Both the position numbers and the translations under genes were made by a program. A model generated the notes under the pieces. That model worked only from the letters and a program-made list of their open reading frames with translations, was not told the origin of the DNA and made no database searches. From an uncultured Gammaproteobacteria bacterium (GTDB lineage Bacteria; Patescibacteriota; Patescibacteriia; UBA9934), in contig CAYWYQ010000001.1 in NCBI GenBank assembly GCA_964462325.1, positions 1-62,953 on the forward strand: DNA of 62,953 bases, given 5' to 3'. This document shows positions 50,512 to 58,639 of this stretch, in pieces (positions within the stretch are counted from its first letter, which is position 1; every line of letters begins with the position of its first letter).

Positions 50512-51987
50512 TTGCATCAAAGCAAAGAGGTTGAATCTGCAAAAAAAAGAAAAGAGGAAAAAACAGGAGAGGTTATTCCACAAAGTCCCGAGGTACAAAT
50601 TCAGAATTATTTAGATCGTTTTCAAGAAATCATTGATCGTGAGAATGGTCAGAGTCGACAAGACGGAATCGAAGCCATTAAGCGATTCATGCGTCGAAGA
50701 TTTGTCATACAGTCAGAAGATATACCAGAGTCTGTTTTTCTCTTAGAGCAGCGTATTGCAAGGCAGCTCGGTCATGGTCATGTAGAAATCACGGAAGAAT
50801 TCAAAAAACGCAAAATAAAAGAGATTATAGACAATCAAGTACAGTCACTCGATAAGTGGATAGACTATTTATCAAGCGAAGATGCGACATACCCGGATTG
50901 GGCAAAATATTGGGCATTCCGAAGTGTGACGGAAATGGGGAAACTCAAAAGGAAAGAAGGAAAAGATGGATCAATCACCGCCTCTTTTTCAAAACGGAAA
51001 AAAGACACTGCTTCAGCATTTCCGCCCATGAATCCACGCGCTCTTGCTCTTGTGGTAGATACAATTACAAAACAAGTACAAGAAAAGCAAAAACCAAAGA
51101 AAAAGAGGATGCCCCTTAAAAATATCAGTAAAAAACTAGACGACGCGGCATTTAGACAACTGACTTCAACAGAAAGCTTTTCCAAAATCTATGCACAATT
51201 TCTTGTTGAGCTTCCAGAATACTCAACAGAAGGACTACAGGAGATTCGCGGTGAATGGGTAAAGTATGATCAGGGGTCAAAACCAGATACGCTCGTGAAG
51301 TCCCTCGAAGGATATCCACTTGAATGGTGTACAGCTGGATATGACACAGCAGAATCACAATTACAAGGAGGGGATTTTTATGTGTACTATTCATTAAATG
51401 AAGATGGGAATGCACATGTTCCACGCGTCGCTATACGTATGGAGCAAGAACGTATCGCAGAAGTACGAGGTATAGCACCGAATCAAGAAGTTGATCCCTA
51501 TATTTCTCCCGTGATTGAAGAAAAGATGGAGGAATTTGGTAAAGAAGGTGAAATCTATCAAAAGCGAAGTCGGGACATGAAGCAACTGACGGATATAGAA
51601 ATGCGCTCACAGCATCAAGAGCTGACGAGGGAAGATCTTCGATTTTTGTATGAAATCGACGGACAAATTGAAGGATTTGGCTATAGCGGAGATCCACGTA
51701 TAGACGAATTGCTGGAAGGGAGGGATAGGCGATTAGACATTGCAACGGTATTGCAGGTTTCACCTGAACAAATAAGTTTTTCGCAAGAAGAGGCAATTGC
51801 AGGCGATATTGTATTCCATTACGGAGATCTTAATTTTCTGAGACTTACATCTGCAGAGGGACTCACACTTCCTGAATCTGTAGGCGGAAGCCTTAATCTT
51901 TGGAGACTTACATCTGCAGAGGGACTCACACTTCCTGAATCTGTAGGCGGAGACCTTTATCTTGGGGGACGCGCCGAGGGAGAATAA
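50512..51987 (+). CDS. protein of unknown function with a C-terminal 21-aa LRR-like tandem repeat
   Basis: TTG start. An upstream in-frame ATG (50458) is separated from it by TAA (50506). The central LEWCTAGY...GGDFYVYYS...VAIRME...IAEVRG is faintly PcfJ-like. The C-terminus has RLTSAEGLTLPESVGG twice. Confidence 0.6.
   Translation: MHQSKEVESAKKRKEEKTGEVIPQSPEVQIQNYLDRFQEIIDRENGQSRQDGIEAIKRFMRRRFVIQSEDIPESVFLLEQRIARQLGHGHVEITEEFKKRKIKEIIDNQVQSLDKWIDYLSSEDATYPDWAKYWAFRSVTEMGKLKRKEGKDGSITASFSKRKKDTASAFPPMNPRALALVVDTITKQVQEKQKPKKKRMPLKNISKKLDDAAFRQLTSTESFSKIYAQFLVELPEYSTEGLQEIRGEWVKYDQGSKPDTLVKSLEGYPLEWCTAGYDTAESQLQGGDFYVYYSLNEDGNAHVPRVAIRMEQERIAEVRGIAPNQEVDPYISPVIEEKMEEFGKEGEIYQKRSRDMKQLTDIEMRSQHQELTREDLRFLYEIDGQIEGFGYSGDPRIDELLEGRDRRLDIATVLQVSPEQISFSQEEAIAGDIVFHYGDLNFLRLTSAEGLTLPESVGGSLNLWRLTSAEGLTLPESVGGDLYLGGRAEGE
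51823..51966 (+). repeat. 63-bp tandem repeat (~2.3 units) inside the CDS
   Basis: A 48-nt core AGACTTACATCTGCAGAGGGACTCACACTTCCTGAATCTGTAGGCGGA is identical at 51841-51888 and 51904-51951. Confidence 0.85.
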
Positions 51988-52033
51988 ACAGTATTAAGAA
52001 GCAAATATCCTCATCATTCAATAGTATAAATCA

Positions 52034-52093
52034 ATCAAGAAAGAAGAAGCATCATCTGCTGGCGTGCGAAGGATTAAAGCGGTACTTGGGTAA
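52034..52093 (+). pseudogene. relic alaS 3'-terminal fragment (19 codons plus stop)
   Basis: It translates to IKKEEASSAGVRRIKAVLG*, against IKKEQASSAGIRRIKAVLS* at the end of alaS. 45/60 nt are identical in my hand alignment. Confidence 0.7.
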
Positions 52094-52097
52094 TGCC

Positions 52098-52182
52098 TTG
52101 ACATTTTACATAATATTAAGTAAACTCCTCTTGCGATTAGAAAGCTCATTTTCTTGCCAATAAAAGCGTAATCTGCTATATT
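52098..52182 (+). promoter_or_regulatory. two candidate promoters upstream of infA
   Basis: TTGACA-17-TAAACT (52098-52126) and TTGCCA-17-TATATT (52154-52182). The latter ends 11 nt before ATG 52194. Confidence 0.5.
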
Positions 52183-52193
52183 CCAAACGAATT

Positions 52194-52409
52194 ATGGCAG
52201 AAAAACAATTTATTGAAATGCGGGGATCCGTCGAAGAATCTCTTCCGGCGGGTAAATTCCGCATCAAGCTTGAAAATGATCAAGAAATCACAGGTCATTT
52301 GTCCGGTAAACTTCGGAAATTTAGAATCCGAATCATGCCAGGCGATGACGTAAAAGTGGAGATCAGTCCATATGATCTCACGAAAGGGCGCATCACTTAC
52401 AGATTTTAA
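52194..52409 (+). CDS. infA: translation initiation factor IF-1
   Basis: 71 aa, S1-like: ...[49 protein letters not shown]. Confidence 0.92.
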   Translation: MAEKQFIEMRGSVEESLPAGKFRIKLENDQEITGHLSGKLRKFRIRIMPGDDVKVEISPYDLTKGRITYRF

Positions 52410-52420
52410 AACCCACTGAA

Positions 52421-52520
52421 TCGCGATCTGTCGTTTCAGTTCATCACAAATTTCCTCATCGTACGTTTCAGTACGTCTGCGGAATTTGTTTGAACTTCAA
52501 CGACATCTCATCGATTCATA
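52421..52520 (+). repeat. LH element, diverged copy
   Basis: Apex GTACGTTTCAGTAC (52461-52474). The flanks CCTCATC...TCTGCGGAA...CTTCAACGACATCTCATC align with copies 1238 and 13469. Confidence 0.6.
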
Positions 52521-52589
52521 GGATTTTAAACACGAAATAGATGATGAATCATTAAATTTCAAAAAATCTGAAAGGCATGCCGGTCTTTA

Positions 52590-52623
52590 AAAACATCACC
52601 GTTCTTATTATGGGTGATGTTTT
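52590..52623 (+). terminator. hairpin between infA and rpmJ (terminator or attenuator)
   Basis: AAAACATCACC-N12-GGTGATGTTTT forms an 11-bp stem. Confidence 0.45.
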
Positions 52624-52662
52624 GATTAAAATGGGTTCTCGAATCCAAGTTAGATAACTAAT

Positions 52663-52779
52663 ATGAAAGTACGATCATCCGTAAAAAAAATGTGTAGAGA
52701 CTGTAGAACTGTACGACGAAAAGGTCGCGTACACGTGATTTGTCCTAAGAATGCTAAACATAAGCAGCGTCAAGGTTAA
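52663..52779 (+). CDS. rpmJ: 50S ribosomal protein L36
   Basis: [38 protein letters not shown]. 38 aa, below the ORF-track cutoff, found by hand translation. Confidence 0.9.
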   Translation: MKVRSSVKKMCRDCRTVRRKGRVHVICPKNAKHKQRQG

Positions 52780-52818
52780 CCTATTTAATTAATTGATCAG
52801 TAAATAATGAAGTGAGAA

Positions 52819-52919
52819 TTTTTCCTGATAGACAAGGAGAGTCGACGAGCGCCGAAGAACCGTACTAGTAGGTATGGTGATGAGAGCGCAGACGATCGAC
52901 AAAGTAGATCTGGAAAAGG
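52819..52919 (+). promoter_or_regulatory. structured leader upstream of rpsM (candidate r-protein autoregulatory element)
   Basis: Long imperfect hairpin: TTTTCCTGATAGAC..GTCGACGAGCGC pairs with GCGCAGACGATCGAC..GTAGATCTGGAAAA. It ends 12 nt before the rpsM ATG. Confidence 0.35.
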
Positions 52920-52931
52920 CCACTTAATTCT

Positions 52932-53318
52932 ATGGCGAGAATAGCTGGAGTCTTAATCCCTTCTAATAAACGTGTAGTGATTGCACTTACGTATATTCAC
53001 GGGATTGGAAAAACAACATCAAAGAAAATTCTTTCTCAAGCTGGTGTAGATGAATCTACCCGTGTGAAGGACCTTTCTTCTGAACAAGAAAATAAAATCC
53101 GAACCCTTGTGGAAAAAGAACATAAGGTAGAAGGGGAGTTGCGTCGTGAGGTTATGGCGAATATTAAACGGTTGCGAGAAATTGGTTCTTATCGTGGACT
53201 ACGTCACAAATTACATTTACCTGTACGCGGACAGCGAACAAAGACAAACTCACGTACCGTACGTGGAAATAAGCGTAATACGGCTGGAAGTGGTCGTCGT
53301 GTGATTAGTAAGACCTAA
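52932..53318 (+). CDS. rpsM: 30S ribosomal protein S13
   Basis: MARIAGV.IP..K...[10 protein letters not shown] ... [16 protein letters not shown]. Confidence 0.95.
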   Translation: MARIAGVLIPSNKRVVIALTYIHGIGKTTSKKILSQAGVDESTRVKDLSSEQENKIRTLVEKEHKVEGELRREVMANIKRLREIGSYRGLRHKLHLPVRGQRTKTNSRTVRGNKRNTAGSGRRVISKT

Positions 53319-53797
53319 TGAATATGACTGAAGAAACAAAAGAAGTAGCAGAAAAGGAAGTGGAAGCAGCGAAGAAAGCTGAAAAGGCTCCAAAGAAAGC
53401 GCAAACAAAGTTTATTCGAACGGCGAAAGGAAAGAAACGTCAGTTTAAAACAATTCCACGAGGTCGTGCATACATCAATGCAACGCTGAATAATACGATT
53501 GTAACCATCACAGATCCAAATGGAAATGCGATTACATGGGCAAGTGCTGGAAACTGCGGATTCAGAGGACCAAAGAAATCAACACCATATGCGGCGAGTC
53601 TCGTGATCAATAAGATTGCAGACAATCTAGAACCATACGGAATGCGTGAATTACACGTGATTACAAATGGAATTGGTGGTGGACGAGATTCAGCTCTCCG
53701 AACGCTTAATTCAAAAGGCTTTACCGTTCTCTCTATTAGAGAAGTAACAGCAATTCCTCATAATGGATGTCGTGCGCGTCGTCCACGTCGAGTGTAA
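53318..53797 (+). CDS. rpsK: 30S ribosomal protein S11 (with a Lys/Glu-rich N-terminal extension)
   Basis: AYINATLNNTIVTITDPNGNAITWASAG..GFRG.KKSTPYAA ... IPHNGCR. Confidence 0.95.
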   Translation: MNMTEETKEVAEKEVEAAKKAEKAPKKAQTKFIRTAKGKKRQFKTIPRGRAYINATLNNTIVTITDPNGNAITWASAGNCGFRGPKKSTPYAASLVINKIADNLEPYGMRELHVITNGIGGGRDSALRTLNSKGFTVLSIREVTAIPHNGCRARRPRRV

Positions 53798-53806
53798 AAT
53801 AGGAAT

Positions 53807-54433
53807 ATGGGTAAAACATTAAAGAAAATGGGAAAAATGAGTCGACGCGATGGCGTGGCTCTATCAACAAGTGATAAGGTGCTAAAAATCATGCAAAAAC
53901 GGGCATATATCCCTGGACAGCATGGTTCAGCAAATACATATCGACGCCGAAGAAGCTCAGTATACGGATTGCAGCTTCGAGAAAAACAGAAGGCAAAACG
54001 TCTGTACGGTGTACTTGAGAAGCAGTTCCAAAATTACTTCAAAAAGGCATCAAATCAGCCTGGAAATACACCAGAAAATCTAAGTCGATTGCTTGAACTT
54101 CGTTTAGATAATGTCGTATTCCGACTCGGGTTTGCAAAGACGCGTCCACAGGCACGTCAGATGGTTTCACATGCACTCTTTACCGTAAATGGAAAGAAGC
54201 TAAATATCCCATCCTACCAAGTGTGTATTGATGATGTCATTGGCATTCGACCGAACAAGGTTAAAAAAGGAATCTTTACAGATCTAGAAGAACGAATGAA
54301 GAATACTATCGTTCCAAGTTGGTTGCATCTTGATGGATCAACACATGAAGGAAAGGTTGTTAGTCTACCTCAGGGAGAGGAGCTGAAGGAAGTGTACGAT
54401 CCAACACTTATTGTGGAATTCTACTCACGTTAA
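53807..54433 (+). CDS. rpsD: 30S ribosomal protein S4
   Basis: YGLQLREKQK.KR.YG, RLDNVVFRLGFA.TR.QARQ.V.H and an S4 domain. Confidence 0.95.
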   Translation: MGKTLKKMGKMSRRDGVALSTSDKVLKIMQKRAYIPGQHGSANTYRRRRSSVYGLQLREKQKAKRLYGVLEKQFQNYFKKASNQPGNTPENLSRLLELRLDNVVFRLGFAKTRPQARQMVSHALFTVNGKKLNIPSYQVCIDDVIGIRPNKVKKGIFTDLEERMKNTIVPSWLHLDGSTHEGKVVSLPQGEELKEVYDPTLIVEFYSR

Positions 54434-54452
54434 TAATCAACTGATAAAAATT

Positions 54453-55265
54453 ATGGAAAATATTTTACTTCCATCAAAAATGTCATTCACAGATGGAGAA
54501 AATAAGAATGAAACTATTCTTACCATCGAACCACTTCACCATGGTTATGGAACGACAATTGGAAATAGTCTACGTCGCGTTTTGCTTTCTTCACTTGAAG
54601 GAGCTGCGGTTACTGCGGTAAAAATTAAGGGTGCTCAGCATGAATTCACGACGATTGAAGGTGTGAAAGAAGACATGCTTGAAATCATGCTAAATTTGAA
54701 GCAGTTACGAATGACGGTTCATACAAATGAACCCGTTGTTCTTCACCTTGAGGTTACAGGAAAGACAGGTGAGGTGACAGCAGCGAGCATTGAAAAGAAT
54801 GCGGATGTCGATGTAGTAAATAAGGATCTTGTTATTGTACGATTGACAGATAAGTCTGCAACACTCTCTATGGATATTACTGTAAGCAGAGGTCGCGGAT
54901 TCCTTCCAACAGAAGAAATGGATACAACAGGAAATGAAATCGGACTTATGGCGATTGATGCTATGTTTAGTCCAATCGTAAGCGTTGGGATGAAGGTTGA
55001 AAATACACGTGTTGGTGAAATTACGAACTATGATCGTCTTGTAATGAATATCATTACAGATGGGACTATCTCTGCGCAGGATGCAGTAGAAGCGGCAACA
55101 AAAACAATAATGAATCATTTCAATTGGATTGATAGTCAGCTTTCACATGCTACGCTTACAGAAAAAATCACAAATGCACAAGAAGAAAAAGCTGAGCAGG
55201 AAGCGGAAGAGGAAGATTCAGCAGAGGAAGTGACAGAAGAAGAGTCAAGTGAAGACAAAGAATAA
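54453..55265 (+). CDS. rpoA: DNA-directed RNA polymerase alpha subunit, N-terminal domain only plus an acidic tail
   Basis: [33 protein letters not shown] is the alpha-NTD signature. The 270-aa protein ends in an ~40-aa E/D-rich tail with no recognisable alpha-CTD motif. Confidence 0.9.
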   Translation: MENILLPSKMSFTDGENKNETILTIEPLHHGYGTTIGNSLRRVLLSSLEGAAVTAVKIKGAQHEFTTIEGVKEDMLEIMLNLKQLRMTVHTNEPVVLHLEVTGKTGEVTAASIEKNADVDVVNKDLVIVRLTDKSATLSMDITVSRGRGFLPTEEMDTTGNEIGLMAIDAMFSPIVSVGMKVENTRVGEITNYDRLVMNIITDGTISAQDAVEAATKTIMNHFNWIDSQLSHATLTEKITNAQEEKAEQEAEEEDSAEEVTEEESSEDKE

Positions 55266-55270
55266 TTAAT

Positions 55271-55621
55271 ATGCGTCATCGAAATAAGACAAAAACACTT
55301 GGAAGAGCTACATCAGCTCGCAAAGCGCTTCTACGCGACCTTGCGACAAGTGTTATCGTCTATGAAAAAATAGAAACAACGGAAGGAAAAGCGAAAGTTG
55401 TTCGACCGGTAATTGAGAAATTGATTACAAAGGCTCGTAAGGGAGACCTTGCAGCACGTCGGCAATTACTAGCATTTTTCTCTACGGAACAGCCTGTAAA
55501 CAAGTTAATGGATGTCATTGGACCTCGTTACAAAGATCGTAATGGTGGTTATACAAGAATTCAAAAGCTTGGTTACCGGCAAGGAGATGGGGCATGTGTC
55601 GTGAAGATTGAATTAGTATAA
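55271..55621 (+). CDS. rplQ: 50S ribosomal protein L17
   Basis: MRHRNK..KLGR....R.ALLR.L...... and GGYTRI.KLG.R.GD. Confidence 0.93.
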   Translation: MRHRNKTKTLGRATSARKALLRDLATSVIVYEKIETTEGKAKVVRPVIEKLITKARKGDLAARRQLLAFFSTEQPVNKLMDVIGPRYKDRNGGYTRIQKLGYRQGDGACVVKIELV

Positions 55622-55622
55622 T

Positions 55623-55979
55623 ATGTCAGGAATTCAAAGAGAAACATACAAGGTTGATGCAACGGATCAGGTGCTTGGACGTTTGGCGACAGACATTTCA
55701 AAGCGACTTATGGGAAAGCATCGTCCAGATTATCAAGCACATATTGATTCTGGTGACATCGTTGAAGTTACAAATATCGAAAAGATAAAAGTGACGGGTA
55801 AGAAGATGGCTCAGAAGAATTACTACAGACACTCAGGATTTCCAGGTGGTTTGAAAACAAAGCCAATGGAAAAGCTTTTTGCTGAGAATCCAGCAAAAAT
55901 CCTTGAGCTTTCTGTATCAAGAATGCTTCCAAAGAATAAATTGCGCGCAGAGCGTCTTAAGAGACTAAAGATTTCGTAA
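55623..55979 (+). CDS. rplM: 50S ribosomal protein L13 (short C-terminus)
   Basis: VDATDQVLGRLAT.I...L.GKH.P.Y..H.D.GD ... YYRHSG.PGG. Confidence 0.92.
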   Translation: MSGIQRETYKVDATDQVLGRLATDISKRLMGKHRPDYQAHIDSGDIVEVTNIEKIKVTGKKMAQKNYYRHSGFPGGLKTKPMEKLFAENPAKILELSVSRMLPKNKLRAERLKRLKIS

Positions 55980-55980
55980 T

Positions 55981-56379
55981 ATGGCAGATCAGAAATATAT
56001 ACAAAGTATTGGTCGACGAAAGACAGCGATCGCACAGGTAAGATTGACTCCTGGTGGTTCTGGGCAAATTGTTGTGAATAATAGACCAATGAAGGAATAC
56101 TTCACGGTTACAACGCAACAAGACACAGTACTAGAACCACTGAAAACTACCGGAAAAACAGAAAGTTTGGACATCTCTGTTCGAGCAATCGGTGGTGGTG
56201 TTGCTGGTCAGGCGGATGCAGTAAAAATGGGAATTGCACGCGCACTTGTGAAATATGATGAAAGCCTAAAATCTACGATTAAGGCGGAAGGATTTTTGAC
56301 AAGAGATGCACGTAAGAAAGAACGTAAAAAGTTCGGAAAACGCGGCGCACGTCGTTCAAAGCAATGGCGAAAACGATAA
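55981..56379 (+). CDS. rpsI: 30S ribosomal protein S9
   Basis: GRRK.AIA.VRL.PG.G...VN ... GGG..GQA.A...GIARAL ... D.R.KERKK.G...AR...Q..KR. Confidence 0.95.
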   Translation: MADQKYIQSIGRRKTAIAQVRLTPGGSGQIVVNNRPMKEYFTVTTQQDTVLEPLKTTGKTESLDISVRAIGGGVAGQADAVKMGIARALVKYDESLKSTIKAEGFLTRDARKKERKKFGKRGARRSKQWRKR

Positions 56380-56406
56380 AAAAACAGGCTTCGGCCTGTT
56401 TTTTTG
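56378..56406 (+). terminator. intrinsic terminator after rpsI
   Basis: AAAAAACAGGC-TTCG-GCCTGTTTTTTT. Confidence 0.85.
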
Positions 56407-56423
56407 TGATATCATATGTTCAT

Positions 56424-58077
56424 ATGAAAGAAAGACAATCGAGATATCAAGAAATACATGAAAAAAACTTCGAAACACCGCCCCCTCGCTTGCAACAGGA
56501 GTCTCTACCTGAATTAGTAGAGTCAGGTGAATTAAAGACGTACAAAGGTAAGAGTCGCAAAGAATTTGAGGAATACATTGAGGCCCTTCAGGGACAAGAA
56601 GCAAAGGAAGGATTTCAGCTTGCATGCAGGTTTGCGGAGGCGGTTCATGAGAGTCAGGGACTTGCACTTCTTGTTGGTGGCTCAGTACGTGATGAGGTAT
56701 TAGGTAAAGCGTCCAAGGACTTCGATATAGAAGTATATGGCCTAGATGCGGCCCGAGTCGAGGAAATTGCATCAATGTTCGGTAAGGTAGATGCTATTGG
56801 TAAAGCATTTGGTATTTTAAAGGTATCTGGTTCAGATGGTATTGATCTTGATATTTCTCTTCCTAGGACTGATTCGAAGATTGCAGAGGGACATAGAGGT
56901 TTTGAGGTAAAGGTAGATCCGAACATGTCAATTATAGAGGCGGCAAAGAGAAGAGATTTTACCTTTAATGCCCTGATGAAGAATCCATTAACAGGAGAGA
57001 TTTTTGACCCATTTAACGGTGTAGAAGACCTAAGAACGCGTACATTACGCATCACAGATAGTGAAAGGTTTAAGGACGATCCATTACGAGTGATGCGGGC
57101 TGCACAGTTTATTGGGCGATTTGGGCTAACAACAGATGTGAAAAGCCTTGAAGAAATACAGGCCATGGTACCCGATTTACACGAACTCCCAAAAGAACGA
57201 TTCAAAGAGGAATGGGATAAATTGCTATTAAAGTCAGATTATCCATCAATGGGAATGCAGGCATTAATGCAATACGGGGTCATTAATGAACTATATCCTG
57301 AACTTGCTGCAATGAGTGATACCCCTCAAGAATTTGAATGGCATCCAGAAGGTGATGTATGGGTTCATACATTGATGGTTGTGGACGAAGCTGCGCGTGT
57401 AGCGAGAAGACATCGATTAGATACAAGTCAAAAAAGAAAGGTTATTTATGCTGCGCTTTGTCATGATTTAGGTAAGCCTGACACGACAGAATTTGAGGGT
57501 GGACGCATTAGATCAAAGGGGCATGAACCAGCCGGAGAAGAGCCAACACGCTCATTCCTTGAAAAAATTGGTATGGACAACCAAAACAACAAATGCAGTC
57601 GTTACATTAGTCAAAGAGCATTTATGGCCAGGTGTTATGTATCGCAGTATACAAAAGGGCGAAATAGTGAGAGATGGGGCGTTTAGAAGGCTCGCAAAAA
57701 GATTGAAGCCTGCTACAATCGAAGACTTGACCTATGTGTTTGAGGCAGACTCCGGTGGACGTGGACCATTTCAGGATCCAGAACATAAGGACCAATTTGT
57801 TCTGCAGTTTCCTGACAAGGCAGCGGAATGGACCCGAACACGTGCAATTGAGATTGGAGTTGATAAAATTGTACCAAAACCAATTTTGCAGGGAAGGGAT
57901 TTGATTGCATTTGGATTCACTCCTGGTATAAACTTTGGCATTATCATAAATCTTGCGGAGGATTTACGAAATGATCATGACCTAGATAGGAACAGTATTT
58001 TAGAAATTCTGTCGAAGGCAAAAAACGCAGAAGAAGCAATTCGCCATTTAAGAAATACCTATGAAGAACAGAAATAA
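56424..58077 (+). pseudogene. cca: CCA-adding enzyme / poly(A) polymerase-family tRNA nucleotidyltransferase with an HD domain, interrupted by a +1 frameshift
   Basis: ORF 56364..57686 has LLVGGSVRDEVLG, DFDIEV, RDFTFNA and HPEGDVWVHT...CHDLGKP. The frame of 57493..58077 continues TTNAVVTLVKEHLWP... The frames join near the A4 run at 57583-57586. Confidence 0.75.
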
Positions 58078-58369
58078 TCCTATTCATCGATTACTATACT
58101 TACCAAGATGGTTTCGGGTTGGATGTATCGTGGCTATGATCAGTATAACGATGCTTGTACTTATGATAGTATTCAATGTTGATCTACCATTCCTTCGATA
58201 CATATCAGACATCTTTTTATTTCCGGCTATTCTGATTTTTAGCTGGGGACTCGACAAGGCTGTAGATAATACATTATGGTTCAATTTATTATTTGTGGGT
58301 ACATATATATTCTTTTGGCCTCTAGTAATTTCTCTACTTATATTCATCATCACTCGTAAAAAAACCTAA
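58061..58369 (+). CDS. small membrane protein, unknown function
   Basis: 102 aa with three TM helices. Overlaps the cca 3' end by 17 nt. Confidence 0.4.
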   Translation: MKNRNNPIHRLLYLPRWFRVGCIVAMISITMLVLMIVFNVDLPFLRYISDIFLFPAILIFSWGLDKAVDNTLWFNLLFVGTYIFFWPLVISLLIFIITRKKT

Positions 58370-58639
58370 TAATCTGATTCAAAAGTGCTGTGTAAATAGA
58401 GTTGAGTTTGCAGCTGTACAGTCATGACGCTTGATCTATCAATGGATGAGGCCCATTCGCCGTTGTTAGGTCACAAAGGTATCAATCGATGTATTTCTAC
58501 ATAATCATTCATGTAAAATAATGACAAATAGTCATTTTTTCATCATTTTCTATCTTGATGATGAGATGGGTATACTGATTTGACTTATGATGGAAGATTA
58601 TTTGATTATTGTTTAGGTTTTGCGTACGATAGGTACATT

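Larger units (their letters stand above)
50435..52033 (+). mobile_element. putative inserted segment between the functional alaS 3' end and a relic copy of it
   Basis: Bounded by 60-nt homologous segments 50375-50434 and 52034-52093. It carries a single large ORF and no recombinase. Confidence 0.45.
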
